Origin: Octopus vulgaris
Lineage: Eukaryota
Reading direction: 5' to 3'
Assembly (NCBI GenBank): GCA_951406725.2
Contig: OX597818.1
Coordinates: 115,072,001 to 115,136,000 of the forward strand
Length of the DNA stretch: 64,000 bases
The notes beneath the pieces are model-generated. The model was not told where the DNA came from and made no database searches. It saw only the letters and a program-made list of their open reading frames with translations. Positions within the stretch are counted from its first letter, which is position 1. Each line of letters starts with the position of its first letter. The position numbers were made by a program, and so were the translations under genes. Positions 27,326 through 40,452 of the stretch are shown here, in pieces.

Positions 27326-27326
<1 letters not shown>
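27286..27326. repeat. Perfect 41-nt palindrome resembling a mirrored Helitron 3' end
   Basis: actagcactatgacccggca-a-tgccgggtcatagtgctagt. Confidence 0.9.
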
Positions 27327-27409
<83 letters not shown>

Positions 27410-27436
27410 TGTATGTATGTATGTATGTATGTGTGT

Positions 27437-27524
<88 letters not shown>

Positions 27525-28379
27525 ATTACCATGTCAAGCCAGTCTCGCCAGAAGGAAAGACGAAGAATGAAAAGACAGGTTTTAGTTTTCCTATTGTTTT
27601 TTTATTCGCAATACAATAATCTTACAAAAAGATAGACACAGACGTTTAAATTCCGTCTCTGAAATTTCTCAAAAACAAACAAAACGTATGTATTCTCGTA
27701 AATCTTTGCCTCTCATTAAGACTAACAATCAGAGAGCAGAATTAAACGACAAATGGGGCGATATAGTGTCAGGCTGAGAGCAGCTTTTATCGACTTCCTG
27801 TCTCGCTTTTATATAGAATTATTAACTATCAACAGTTAAAATTTACCAGAAAAGAACACTAACCTCATTAATTGAAATATTTCACTCTAATTATCCCCAG
27901 GAATACAATAGGTATCTACCTCCATACATCATACTAAAGACGACGTTAAAAAACTCACCTGCTACTTAACTATCAATTCCAACTCTACCTGGTACTTTCT
28001 TAATATAAATAATATAAGCACACCTGAAACGATTAAACTAATTCGCTTCTGGCCTATTTTCTTCTGTCTCTTTGTATTGTTGCGTGTCATTTCTGAACTC
28101 ATATACTTGTGTGTCAGTATTAATGGATGGATACAAAGACGCGGAGCCTGGGGGTTAGGGCAAGATTCTGATTTCGATTCCGGGACTGGGCGATGCTTCA
28201 TGTTCCAAGTTGCTCTGTGTTTACTTCGACATATGACAGTGTTGCACAACGTTCACCAGCAGAAATCGATTTAATGGAAAAAGTGTGAGCTAATGCGCTG
28301 CGCAAACATTTGACCGCCGTAAACAATTTGCGCAGATCGACTCTTATCTGTCATCTGACAGAGTCCACGATTTATGAGT

Positions 28380-28487
<108 letters not shown>

Positions 28488-29233
28488 GCGTGTGTGTACG
28501 TGTGTGTGTAAATGTATATGCATATGAGTGTATATATGTATGTATGTATATCGTTATTCAATTTCATTTCAAGATTTCCTGCCAATAGAGAAAGAGTCGG
28601 TTTCTAACCCAGATCCAAGGCTCCTTCATTGGAATTTCAACGTCAACTGAGTATTTATGCATGCATGATTACGTACACATTTGTATGTATGTATGTATGT
28701 ATGTATGTATGTATGTATGTATGTATGTATGTATGTATGTATGTATGTACTCGCGTTTTTTTTTTTTTTATCGTGAATAACACTTTAGTGGTCGAAGCTG
28801 TTGAATTTGTTTCAGTTTATAATTCTTTGTGAAATGAATTTCTAAATTATCGAAAAGTGTTTCTTCTTTCTCGCTATAACAATTCTTTGCTCAGTTGTTT
28901 TGCCTGTCTTTTGTATTTTGAAGGTTCATTCCGTTTTCTGATCTTATCTTACATATAATAAAATGCAATGAGTCAGACATACTGGACGTTGAAAACTAAA
29001 CCAACAAAGTAGAACTGAGCAACAGCAAGCGATAATAAATGCAGGTGAAACTTAATGAGATATTTTGCTCTGAAATACTCGGTATTTTAATCAAAATCTG
29101 ACTAAATTTTGGTCGTAAATTACATTTACTCTATCAAATTCTCACACACACACAAGTGCACACACATAGATAGATATAAAATTTAATATTAAACCCTTGT
29201 TTTCAAAGTATTATCATCCACGTAACACACACA

Positions 29234-29289
<56 letters not shown>

Positions 29290-29380
29290 ATATGAATAAG
29301 AAATGGAAAACAAAACAATAAATTGAACAATTATAAACTCAATTCAATTTGAGTATTTTATACAAACAAATGACACATAC

Positions 29381-29429
<49 letters not shown>

Positions 29430-29455
29430 GCACACACACACATATATATATATAT

Positions 29456-30747
29456 AAAAAGAAGAAGAAGAAAAATAAAAGAATGCGGGAGTGGTATGAT
29501 AGTAGGAGGATGTTAAATGGTCAAGTGACCTAGAAAAGTGGATCGCTGTGGTTGATGGTAGTGGTTGGGACTGTTTTGAATGAATTCTTGGTCTCTTTTA
29601 AATGTATCGTTTTTAATATTTGCGTTTGTGTTATTCTAAGGTCGTGCTGGGCATGTTATTTGTTGTAGATGCATTCAAAAGGAGTCTGTATTTTGTGATA
29701 AAGAACGACTCTTTACTAATTCGTGGGCTACAGGTTGAATCGTCCCTGAATTGATAGAGGGGGAAATGTCGATGTGTTGGCTGAATGCTATTTTTCTGTT
29801 TTTCGGAATTTCGAAATGGGATCTGTGCAGAGCCATCCTTTGACGTAGACTGATTTTTGTTTGGCCTGCGTATTGCTCTTGACACCCAGAGCAGGTTAGT
29901 GCGTGTATCAGCTTCTCCGAAGTAATGTGAAGTTGCTTTTCACTGTGAAACGTTGTCCCTGTTTGAAGGAGAACTCTGATCCCTCAATTAAATTGACGCA
30001 TATCCCACAGTTGGGTCTTCGCATTTTTTTACTGACGTTGTTTTGATTTTCTTCTTTTCAGGAAGCGTGCTCTGTTTGAAAGATGGTTTCAAAGTTTGAG
30101 ACCAAAGTGGCCCTTTTCTCCCAGCGTTGGAGGGATTTCAGTTCTTTATCATAATGCTCTTTCCATGTTTAAAGATCTTCTCTTGGTCGGGGCCTTGGGT
30201 CATTTTGCTAATTTCTTGGTTGATCTCTTCATCGATGGATTTTACTTTATCTTCATTCGTCTAGGCCCTCAGTTTTAGAAGTTCTATTTCCTTTCTCATT
30301 ATTTCCAGTGCCGTTCTTTCCTTGAGGCGTCTTTATCTTTCAGGTTCCTCTGTATTGGCTTTGATCTGGAGTTTACGTGGGAGAATTAACGGTATCCGAT
30401 TGAATCATTTTTCGTATATATCCGCTTTGTTGTTATTTTGGATCATCTTCCAAAAGGCGAACTTTCTATCTCTGAGTGATTTGTTTCATCGTGATACTAT
30501 GTGGTGTTTCATTTGGTATGTTGTTAGAGCATTGATCCCATATGCTGCCTTATTTGGAGATCCTTGGTTCGAGTTGTTAGAGAAAAATGTCCTAATTGTT
30601 TCGCATAAGTTTCCAAGGTTTTCAACGAATTCGGAGGTTGTATTTTTCGAATCGATTTCCTCATTGTCCCCAACCATGGGTTCATGTGTCGAGTAGAATT
30701 TGTTCAAAAACGTTAATAGATTTCTGTTGATTTTTTTGAGTTCTATT

Positions 30748-30750
<3 letters not shown>
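29456..30750 (-). mobile_element. Degenerate Penelope-like retroelement relic: N-terminal ORF remnant, Cys-rich linker and GIY-YIG endonuclease, with no RT domain visible
   Basis: Minus-strand translation across frameshifts gives RPNCGICVNLIEGSEFSFKQGQRFTVKSNFT, TSEKLIHALTCSGCQEQYAGQTKISLRQRMALHRSH...FSQHID and FPLYQ...RISKESFFITKYRLLLN, which matches the Penelope-type GIY-YIG pattern. There are several in-frame stops upstream, and (TA)n borders both ends. Confidence 0.8.
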
Positions 30751-30804
<54 letters not shown>

Positions 30805-31181
30805 CATATATATACGCGCGCACACATATTTATATATTTATACACACATATTTATACACACACATACACATATGTATATATATATGTAAAACGGTTGAAT
30901 TATATTTCATCCTTTAATTTGGAGCATTCCAAGAAAGATTTCTAATATAGATTCTTCATATTTATTTATTTTCAACCATGAATTTGAATGATTTTAATAT
31001 CGCTGTTCAAAACGATCGTGTGCATGAATTGAAATAAAATCCTCTTAAATCTTAACATCTCTTCTCCATTTTTAACAAATTTGGTGAGTTTCATGGGCAT
31101 TCCTTTCCATAAATTCACGTTACACACCATATACAAATATATATATATATGACAGGAGTTGAAACTCTCTTGTCACAACCT

Positions 31182-31225
31182 GGGACCTTGAAGACTGCTG
31201 TAATGCAAGAAAGTATTCTAGTCCC
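31182..31225 (+). ncRNA. Possible minimal hammerhead-like motif in a TA-flanked insert (about 31151-31385)
   Basis: gggac-CTTGAAGA-c(tgc tgtaat gca)a-GAAA-gtat-TC-ta-gtccc. Confidence 0.4.
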
Positions 31226-31384
31226 TTAATATTTTATATTCAACATTTCATCTATTCAATAAGACAATCAATACTTCATTTCATTTTACTATATATATTA
31301 TTTATACTATATATTCTATATTCTACATTAATATTATAAAGAATATAAATAAATCATAAAAGACAGTTGGAATTTCTTTGGATA

Positions 31385-31436
<52 letters not shown>

Positions 31437-33191
31437 ATGTATGTATGTATGTATGTATGTATGTATGTATATGTATGTATGAATGCACGTATACACTTCA
31501 TTGGACATCATCATGTAAGCAAGCCTTTCCACCAGAATGACAATCCTCTAGATTGACATAATTGGAGAACTCCATTGATAATGACGGCAACAACAATAAC
31601 AAACAGAACGATAACAACAACAGCAACAACAACAGAGACAACAAACACAAAACTATGGTTACACCTACGGCTATATACCACCATCCCCGTTTTGTCAACG
31701 AGTCGAACACCAACATAAGTAATTGATGTAAATACTTACTATACATGGACATAATTTTAGAGGGAAAAAAACAAATACTTAATAAGTGTTAACCGCCACT
31801 CGTTGCCGCAATCTCAAAGCCATTCATTGGACGCACCTCTATCTGAAGGAGAATAGCTGCGCTGTGTGTACGCATAGCGATTCATATATACGTACATGTA
31901 CGTACGTACGCACGCACGCACAAATTTACATAGAGACATATATGTGCAAATATACACACACAAACATAAGTATATGTATGTATGTATGTACGTATGTATG
32001 TATGTATGTATGTATGTATGTATGTATGTATGTATGTATGCATGTATGTATGTATGTATGTATGTATGTATGTATGTATGTATGTATGTTTTATGAATGT
32101 GTAAATACATACAGATATATAAGTTGAGTTTTTTTAACCATGTATTTACAATCTATCATTTATAGGTTCATCTGCTCTGAAATTCCCGGTTCCGATGTGA
32201 AAAAACACATTTATTTCACGTTCTCAAAGTATCTATATTCCTATGACGTCGAATAGATGCAGATATATACATACGTACATACATACGTACAAACATAGAT
32301 ACGTACGTACATACATACATACATACATACATACATACATACATACATACATACATACATACATACATACATACATACATACATACATACATACATGCAT
32401 GCATACATACATACATACATACATACATAAATACATACATGCATACAAATTAGAATTCAAATCCAAGCTGGGTCCTCTTAAATCACGTGTGCTTATTTCA
32501 ATATTCCATACCCGTATGTAGACATTTTATTTGTATGAGGTATGTATAAGTTTTGAAAATACTGGAAAACATCTTCTGCAGAGTAATAATATCAAAACAG
32601 GAGGATCTTTACCTTTTGACCGACAGATTTAAAAAATAATTTTTTATAACTATATTATTATTAGGATAAGCTACCCCTATTTTGTAGAAAAAAATGTTGG
32701 CGGACGATATATATATATATATATATACATACATGCACACATACACACAAACAAATGCACGCACATAGACAAAGTTCCTAGCTTTGGGTAAAAAATGTAG
32801 GAGAAACAGTTAATTATGATTTTATTCAGCATATTCCCCTCTCAAATTCATATACTTATTCCTTTCTACTCAAGGCACAAGGTCCGAAATTTTTGGGGAG
32901 GCGGAAGTCGATTATATCGACCCCAGTACGTAACTAGTAATTAATTTATCGACCCCGAAAGGATGAATAGGCAAAGTCGACCTCGACGGAATTTGGTTTC
33001 AATTCCTGGACCGGGCGAAGCATTGTGTTCTTGAGCAAAACACTTCATTTCACGTTGTTCCAGTCCGCTCAGCTGGCAAAAATGAGTAACGCGGCGATGG
33101 ACTGGCGTCCCGTCCAGCTGGGGAACACATACGCCATTGAAACCGGAGGAACCGTTCCCTTGAGCCTGGCTAGGCTTTAAAAGGGCGCATT

Positions 33192-33239
<48 letters not shown>

Positions 33240-33485
33240 TGTAGATAAATGTTATATATGTAGTGGGAGAGGATGGATGGGAAAGAAGGAAAAGGAGATA
33301 GTGAGAGAGAGCAGTTCCTCCTCTTACGGAGCCTCTCCTTTTTTGTTTCCAATTACACTTCATTTTATTTGGTTGTTTTTATATCAAAGATGCTTTCCTG
33401 GCTCCTCTTCCGTCAATCCCGGTATTCTCACCCTTCCCACAAAAAAGCCTGTCATAACAAACAAATACAAGCATTCATATTCACA

Positions 33486-33603
<118 letters not shown>

Positions 33604-33634
33604 TAGATATAATTTTGATGTCCTTTTTACATAA

Positions 33635-34213
33635 ATAAGGATAAGATCGTTAATTTAAATTAAATAACAATCTTATCAAGTGGCCAGCATGGAAATATAA
33701 ACATTCAAAGTTAATAATTATTGTTAAAATTATAACTTAGGGTATGTACGAGATACCGCCATGAGGAAAATTTAAATTTCTTTCGTCACTGTATTTACTG
33801 CGGTCATGTTTTAACCATATTGCACAGGGAATTAAGAAGCGGTCATAGATATGTATGTATACGTTCGTATATGTAAGTATTCTTAGGTTGTATGTATGTA
33901 TATATGTGTTTTTATGCTACTTTCTGCGTATATTCCACTGACGAGGCAAAGCATTTCTAAATGCAAAGCTAGAAATCCGGGACCTGGAATTTTTTACTAA
34001 TTTTATTTTGTCTTTTTTTTTGTCTTCTCTCCTTGTGCTATATGAACATTTAATGTGGTTTTAGAGTTAGACCCTGGCTGCTATTTTCAGCATGGCGGTA
34101 TCTCGTAGATATCCTAAATTATAATTTTAATAATAATTATTACCTTTGAAGGTTTTTATTTCCATGCTGGCCACTTGATAAGATCGTTATTCAATTTAAA
34201 TTAACGATCTTAT

Positions 34214-34219
<6 letters not shown>
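33635..34219. repeat. Inverted repeat of about 135 bp (33635-33770 / 34083-34219)
   Basis: ataaggataagatcgttaatttaaatt...gagataccgccatg is mirrored by catggcggtatctc...aatttaaattaacgatcttatccttat. Confidence 0.9.
33932..33990 (+). ncRNA. Degenerate type-I hammerhead-like motif inside a fold-back insert
   Basis: attcca-CTGACGA-g(gc aaa gcattt ct aaatgc aaa gc)ta-GAAA-tccggg-acc-tggaat. Stem I is a perfect 6 bp, but the cleavage triplet is not canonical. Confidence 0.5.
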
Positions 34220-34258
<39 letters not shown>

Positions 34259-34259
<1 letters not shown>

Positions 34260-35529
34260 GAGGGGCGTTCAATAAGTAATGCCCCTGACCCACTTCCCAT
34301 TGCAGTAGAGCAACGACACCTGGCACAGTTATTAGTCTTTTTCTACATAGGAACCACCCAGAGTTATGCATTTCTCCCATTGTTTGATGCTGCTCTGGAG
34401 ACCGTTTTTGTAGAAGACCCCAGCTTGGTCCTCCAGCCATGACGTGACTTCAGGCTGCATCATCTAGGAAACGCTTTCCTTTCAAAAATAACTTCATGGC
34501 TGGGAAGAGGTGAAAATCAGAGGGTGCAAGGTCAGGAAAGTAGGGGGATGGGGGAGGAGTTCATAGCCGCACGCCTGTGCTTCTGATTTGACAACATGCG
34601 AGTTGTGGACTGGAGCATTGCAGAAGGAGGATGCATTTGCTGATCTTGCCCCGCCTCTTGATTTTGATAGCTTCTCTTAATTTCCTCAAAAGTGAAGCAT
34701 AGTAGGCTCCTGTAATTGTGGTACCCTTTGCCAGGAAATCTGTCATCACTACTCCGTCCTGTGACTGTGAGCATGACCTTGCCAGCGGAGGGCTGCACCC
34801 TTGCCTTCTTTGGAGGAGGTGAGTCACGGTGCTTCCACTGCATTGACTGGGCTTTGATCTCTGGATCATAGTGATTGACCCAGGTTTCATCCTGTGTAAT
34901 CAGTCTTTTGAAACATTTTTACTCATCTTCTTGGCACATCTCCAAATTCATCCTCGAGCACTCAACGCGTTCTTGCCTCTGGAAAGGTGTGAGCAACCTG
35001 GGAATCCATCTGGCAGACACCTTTTGCATATGCAAATGGTCATGAAGGATAGTTTCCACAGACCCAGTACTAATCTTGACCTCATGGGCAATTTGGCAAA
35101 TAGTTATGCGTCGATCTTCCAAAATGGCAGCCTCAACTTGACGGACAGATGCCTCATCAATGGCAGAAGGGGGGCGACCAGATCTGGGAGCTGTTTCCAC
35201 AGAGTTCCAACCATGTTTGAATTCCCAATGCCAGCATTTTACAAGGTCATATGATGGGGCATCATCACCATAAGTTACTTTCATTTCATCAAAAGTCTTC
35301 CGTGGTGTACGGCCTTTCAAATACAAAAATTGGATCACTGCTCGACACTCAACAGGCTCCATTTCACACTTGACTCAGTCCAAACACCTGTAAATCAGAA
35401 ACCATAATTAGTTCAGAGCTGTAATTTGCTACTTCATCTATAGAGATATGAATAATTGCACATACAAAATTTCAGCTAGATCAAACAACTGCAAGTGGGT
35501 CAGAGGCATTACTTATTGAACGTCCCTCG
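34259..35529 (-). mobile_element. Full-length but inactivated mariner (Tc1/mariner) DNA transposon
   Basis: TIRs cgaggggcgttcaataagtaatgcccctgacccactt / aagtgggtcagaggcattacttattgaacgtccctcg with TA on both sides; about 1.27 kb long. Confidence 0.95.
34330..35362 (-). pseudogene. Mariner transposase pseudogene with stops and frameshifts
   Basis: Translated pieces include MEPVECRAVIQFLYLKG...APRSGRP, KVSARWIPRLLT (WVPHEL-like), ITQDETWV, SAGKVMLTV and HPPTFPDLAPSDFHLF (YSPDL-like), spread over several frames. The low-coordinate end is approximate. Confidence 0.9.
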
Positions 35530-35576
<47 letters not shown>

Positions 35577-36216
35577 CTCTAGTTTCAGCTCAGAGCTGCG
35601 GCCATGCTGATGCACCGCCGTTTTGTGCTACACTGTTATTGCGACGAACTTCGTCTAATATGTGGCACTTGGTGAATATATATACTTGGTGAATATATAT
35701 ACGACGTGTTTCTTCCAGTTTCCGTCTACCAAATACACTCACAAGGCTTTGATCGGCCCAAGGCTATAGTAGAAGACACTTGCCCAAGGTGCCACGCAGT
35801 AGGACTGAACTCGGAACCATGTGGTTGGTAAGCAAGCTACTTACCACACAGCCACTCTTGCGCCTATGTGTATGTGTCTACAGGCATGTTCATACATACG
35901 TACATATGTATGCATGTATGTATGAATAATGTCCAATTTGTAACAAGTTCCCCCTACCAACCTCTCTCTCTCCTTTCGTTTTAATGCCCCCCCCACCCCA
36001 CCCCGCACCACCTCTTCTCTACTCATTCACTCTACCTCGAAGCTGAATGAAATGCTGCTATATTTAGCAAAACTACATTCTGGGTTGTTCTTTTGTGTTT
36101 CATCTATTACAATCTACTTTTCTCACCCACGTACAAAGACGCATACCAAATAGATATTAAAGTGTCACATAGACTAAAAGCTCACCGCCACCGTATCAAC
36201 ACCACCACCACCACAG

Positions 36217-36258
<42 letters not shown>

Positions 36259-36620
36259 TTACTACTACTATTACTACTACAACTACCACCACCAACACCA
36301 ACGATAAACCCCTTAATATCATCGCCAAGAAATCAATATTTGAGCCTCTACATCCGTGGTTCTATGGGCCCCTTTTATCTATGGACCCCTATGGACCACT
36401 TTTCATCTACGAACTTCTTTGATTGACATTTTATTCTGGTGGACCCCCACCCCATAGCCATTCGAATTTTTAAAAATTTGTTTTGTAGATGCTTGTTTCA
36501 AAATTGCTATTTTGTTTACCACACACGTGTAAGTTGAACTGTGTAAAACATTAGAGAAAGAACCCTAGCTGTTTCTTGCAATAACATCTAAATCAAATTT
36601 TTTCCATGGATCTTTAATAT

Positions 36621-37312
36621 CAGTGGCGGCTCATAGATAAAATTAGTGGTGGTCCTGCTTCGGAAAATTTTTAGCCGTTGTTTTAACATTTTGTAAAAGG
36701 AAACAAACTTATAAAAAGAAAATTTATACACAAGCTTGATCGGTTCGCGTTTTAACGGTTGCTGAGCAGTGTGTTTAATTTGTTCACTGAACACCATCGC
36801 GAATTTCCCTTTGTTTTTCAACCCCCCCCCCCCTAAATCACAAAATAAAGGTGGGGAGGGGGAATCAGCCCTATTTTTCAAATCCTGGAAGCAACACTGA
36901 AGCTGGAAGCAGGATAATAATCTAATTCTACACTTTATCACATTCAAGAATATAAACACGTTTTTAAGCACAACACACGCTTTCACCAGCACACCAGAGT
37001 CAGAGCTGCGTGAACAACAGTGCTCTCTCTTCCTAGAGTGCAGCTTCCTGTCTCGTACAAGTGAGCATGCTCACAACAGCCAAAACACCGCGTCGCTGGA
37101 ACTGCGAAGCGCACAGTTCTATACAAGGGTTTTTGTATTTTTTTCATAAACTAGGGGATGGCAACTGACATTAAGCTTAAGGATTATATAATGTACAAGT
37201 ATAAAGAAAGGATTAAAGGAAAAAAGGGATTCTATATTTAATGTTATCCATAATATCGAGTGGTAACAGGGGGTGCTCCAGTTCCGCAGTTCCTATACAC
37301 GAGCCTCTACTG
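36621..37312. mobile_element. hAT-like non-autonomous element nested inside another hAT-like MITE (outer element about 36354-37379)
   Basis: Ends cagtggcggctc / gagcctctactg with an 8-bp near-TSD (tttaatat / cttaatat). The outer element has ends ccgtggttct / gagaaccgctg. Confidence 0.65.
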
Positions 37313-37610
37313 CTTAATATACAACTGAGGATCCCAAATTTATTATTTTGCTTGCGTGGACTCCGGTTGAGAACCGCTGTTCTGCACGGTTATTACAGTT
37401 TCTCTCTCTCTCTCTCTCTCTCTCTTACTTGTTTCAGTCATTTGACTGCGGCCATGTTGGAGCACCGCCTTTAGTCGAGCAAATCGACCCCACGACTTAT
37501 TCTTTATAAGCCTACTACTTATTCTATAGGTCTCTTTGGCCGAACCGCTAAGTTACAGGGACGTAAACACACCAGCATCGGTTGTCAAGCGATGTTGGGG
37601 GTGGGGGACA

Positions 37611-37690
<80 letters not shown>

Positions 37691-39069
37691 AACATATATA
37701 CGACGGGCTTCTTTCTGTTTCCGTCTACCATATCCACTGACAAGGTTTTAGTCGGCCCGAGGCTATAGTAGAAGACACTTGCCCAAGGTGCCACGCAGTG
37801 GGACTGAACCTGGAACCATGTGGCTGGTAAGCAAGCTACTTACCACACAGCTACTCCTACTCCTATAACGAACGAAATTTTTATCAAATCACATTCTCAA
37901 AAACTATATGCAGAATTCACGACATAATGCAGTTCAGGGTACAGTATGCAAATAAATAAATAAATAAATAAATAAATATGGGTTGGTCGTGACTGAGATT
38001 TCTGCCGAGCAATAGAGAGTCAACAGAGGATTAGGAACGGCCATACTGACCGATCAACAATGAACGTGAGAAAAGTTCGAAGCCGACGATTTGGTGCAAA
38101 ATATACAATTAAGTAATCGCATAGCGAAGTGCACACTGGCATAATATTCTCACTCTCTCTCTCTCTCTCACACACACATACATATACACACACATATACG
38201 CACACGAATATATACACATTCATACAACTCACGAGCATATGCACAAACAATTACACAAACACACATATACACATACATACACACACAATCACTCAAAATC
38301 ACACACAAACACGACACATATACATACATGCACACACACACACACACATACATATGCACATACACTTGCATATATACGCACACACAAAAACAACAAACAC
38401 AAGACGAAACACAAAAACCTTAATTAAAAACCTTGAGCAGCTCACAGTAAAAACGTAGCGCGGCAGAAACCGGAAATGTCGCCATTATCTTTTGAAGTCT
38501 TTCAATCCCTACAATAATGAGTTTGTAGACGGAAAGAAAAGCGTGAACAAAGAAAACAATAGCAACAAACAACACACAAATGACGCGACGCTTATAAAGC
38601 ATCTAAGCGGTTACGTAATATACTAGAAATAGCAGGTAAACTTTTGTTAGTCATTTCCAACTGGCTTTGAAAACGAACACATTACATAACGTGGCCCGGA
38701 AATCCCAGTATCAGCGGTGGTGACAGTGGTTTGCTCAGAACATAGATATTTCCACTTTTCTTTGATCATGTGAGCGAAAATTCCAGTTTACAAATACTAC
38801 AAACAACATTCAAATAATAAATACATTACATTTGGGGAAAATTTTCGTCTATTTCTCTTCCTAGCAAACATAACACTCGTGCGCACGCGTGCATGTGTGT
38901 GCGTGTATGTATGTGCGTATCTACATGTCTATCCATATATATGTATACACACACATATATACATACACACGCACATATAATATATATATACATGGGCGCG
39001 GGAGTAGCTGTGTGGTAGGAGGCTTGCTTACCAACCACATGGTTCCAGGGTTCAGTTCCACTGCGTGGC

Positions 39070-39836
39070 GTTTTGGAAAGTTTTACAGATTTTTACAGTT
39101 CCAGTGATGGATTGGATCTGTAGTATTCGAATTAGCTTTCTCCTTTCTGGTTTTGAGAAGCCTAATTTCTGAAGACTGGTATTTAGGCAGTATGTTACAT
39201 ATCCCAGGGCCCCAATAACTACAGGTATAATCCTGAACTTGCAATCTGGGTAGAGTAACTGCAGATTTCCCAATAGTTTAGCGTAGATGTTCTCTTTTCA
39301 CTGATCTTCACCTGTTCTCTTCTCTATCCCAAATCATTATACCAGGTCTGTTGTGCTTACATTTTATTAAGTTCTTCGCTGGGACATTCCACTAATATTG
39401 CTTTTTATTATGAGTGGCTATGGCTTCTACCATACCGTAGGTTTATTTCATTGTCCTCGTGGTTATCTCTCCAACGGATTTCATTATAGAATGTCCTAGC
39501 TACAACATCATGTCTCATCGGTAGATAATACAGTGATGACAATTTCGAGCAACTGCTTATGATGTGGGTGATATCTTTAGTGTTAACTCCACAAAGTCTA
39601 CATAGGTTGTCACACTTTACGGCTTTTCTTGCATCTCTATTCCTTTTGTGCATCAGGTACTTGGTTGATGCTTCCTGTTCCTGTATTGTAAACGCATACC
39701 CTTCGAAGTGGGAGGTAGTAATCTGGCTATTCGTCCATGATAAACTGCTTTGATGATCGATGTTACTACCATCACGGAGCTTTCTACTAATATATCGATG
39801 CACGGTCTTCTACTCACATAGGCTCATCCTTTCATC
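39070..39836 (-). mobile_element. R4/Dong-like non-LTR retrotransposon fragment (restriction-like endonuclease, C-terminal part)
   Basis: CCHC knuckle CRLCGVNTKDITHIISSC, an RHD motif (MRHDVVA), KHNRP.IMIWD, and a C-terminal IIPVVIGALG segment; frameshifted. Confidence 0.85.
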
Positions 39837-40038
39837 TGATGATATATTGCCGTAGATTCGTGCGTATGTATGTATGTATGTATGTATGTATGTATGTATG
39901 TATGTATGTATGTATGTATGTATGTATGCATGCATATATATGTGTCTATTCTGTATATGTGCGTGTCTATGTATATATATATCTATGTGTATATATATTT
40001 ATGTATATATGTGTATGTATGTATTTATGTATGTATGT

Positions 40039-40140
<102 letters not shown>

Positions 40141-40269
40141 AGGTAGGTATAGGTAGGTAGGTAGGTAGGTAGGTAGGTAGGTAGGTAGGTAGGTAAGTAG
40201 GCTGACTTACTGGAGGAAACAAAATGGAATTCGAAAATCCTTTTCAAATAGGCAATGAAAGCAACTTCG

Positions 40270-40452
40270 AAAGACAAAATTGTTGCATATCTTTCCTGCC
40301 CTCACTCTAAGGAGTTGTGTTTTAACCTTTCCCTGTAGCTGGTCCGTTGCATTGAGGCAATATTCTTCGTGTATACGCGTTGGATTGCTTCATGTTCCAC
40401 CATTAGTTTTCCATTATGTGATGACCTTAATTGGGAGTAATAATCACAGAAC
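40270..40452 (-). mobile_element. Short degraded CR1-like fragment; a related fragment lies at about 45560-45680 (-)
   Basis: DYYSQL...EAIQRVYTKNIASMQRTSYRERLK. About 60 bp are shared with 45610-45665. Confidence 0.6.
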
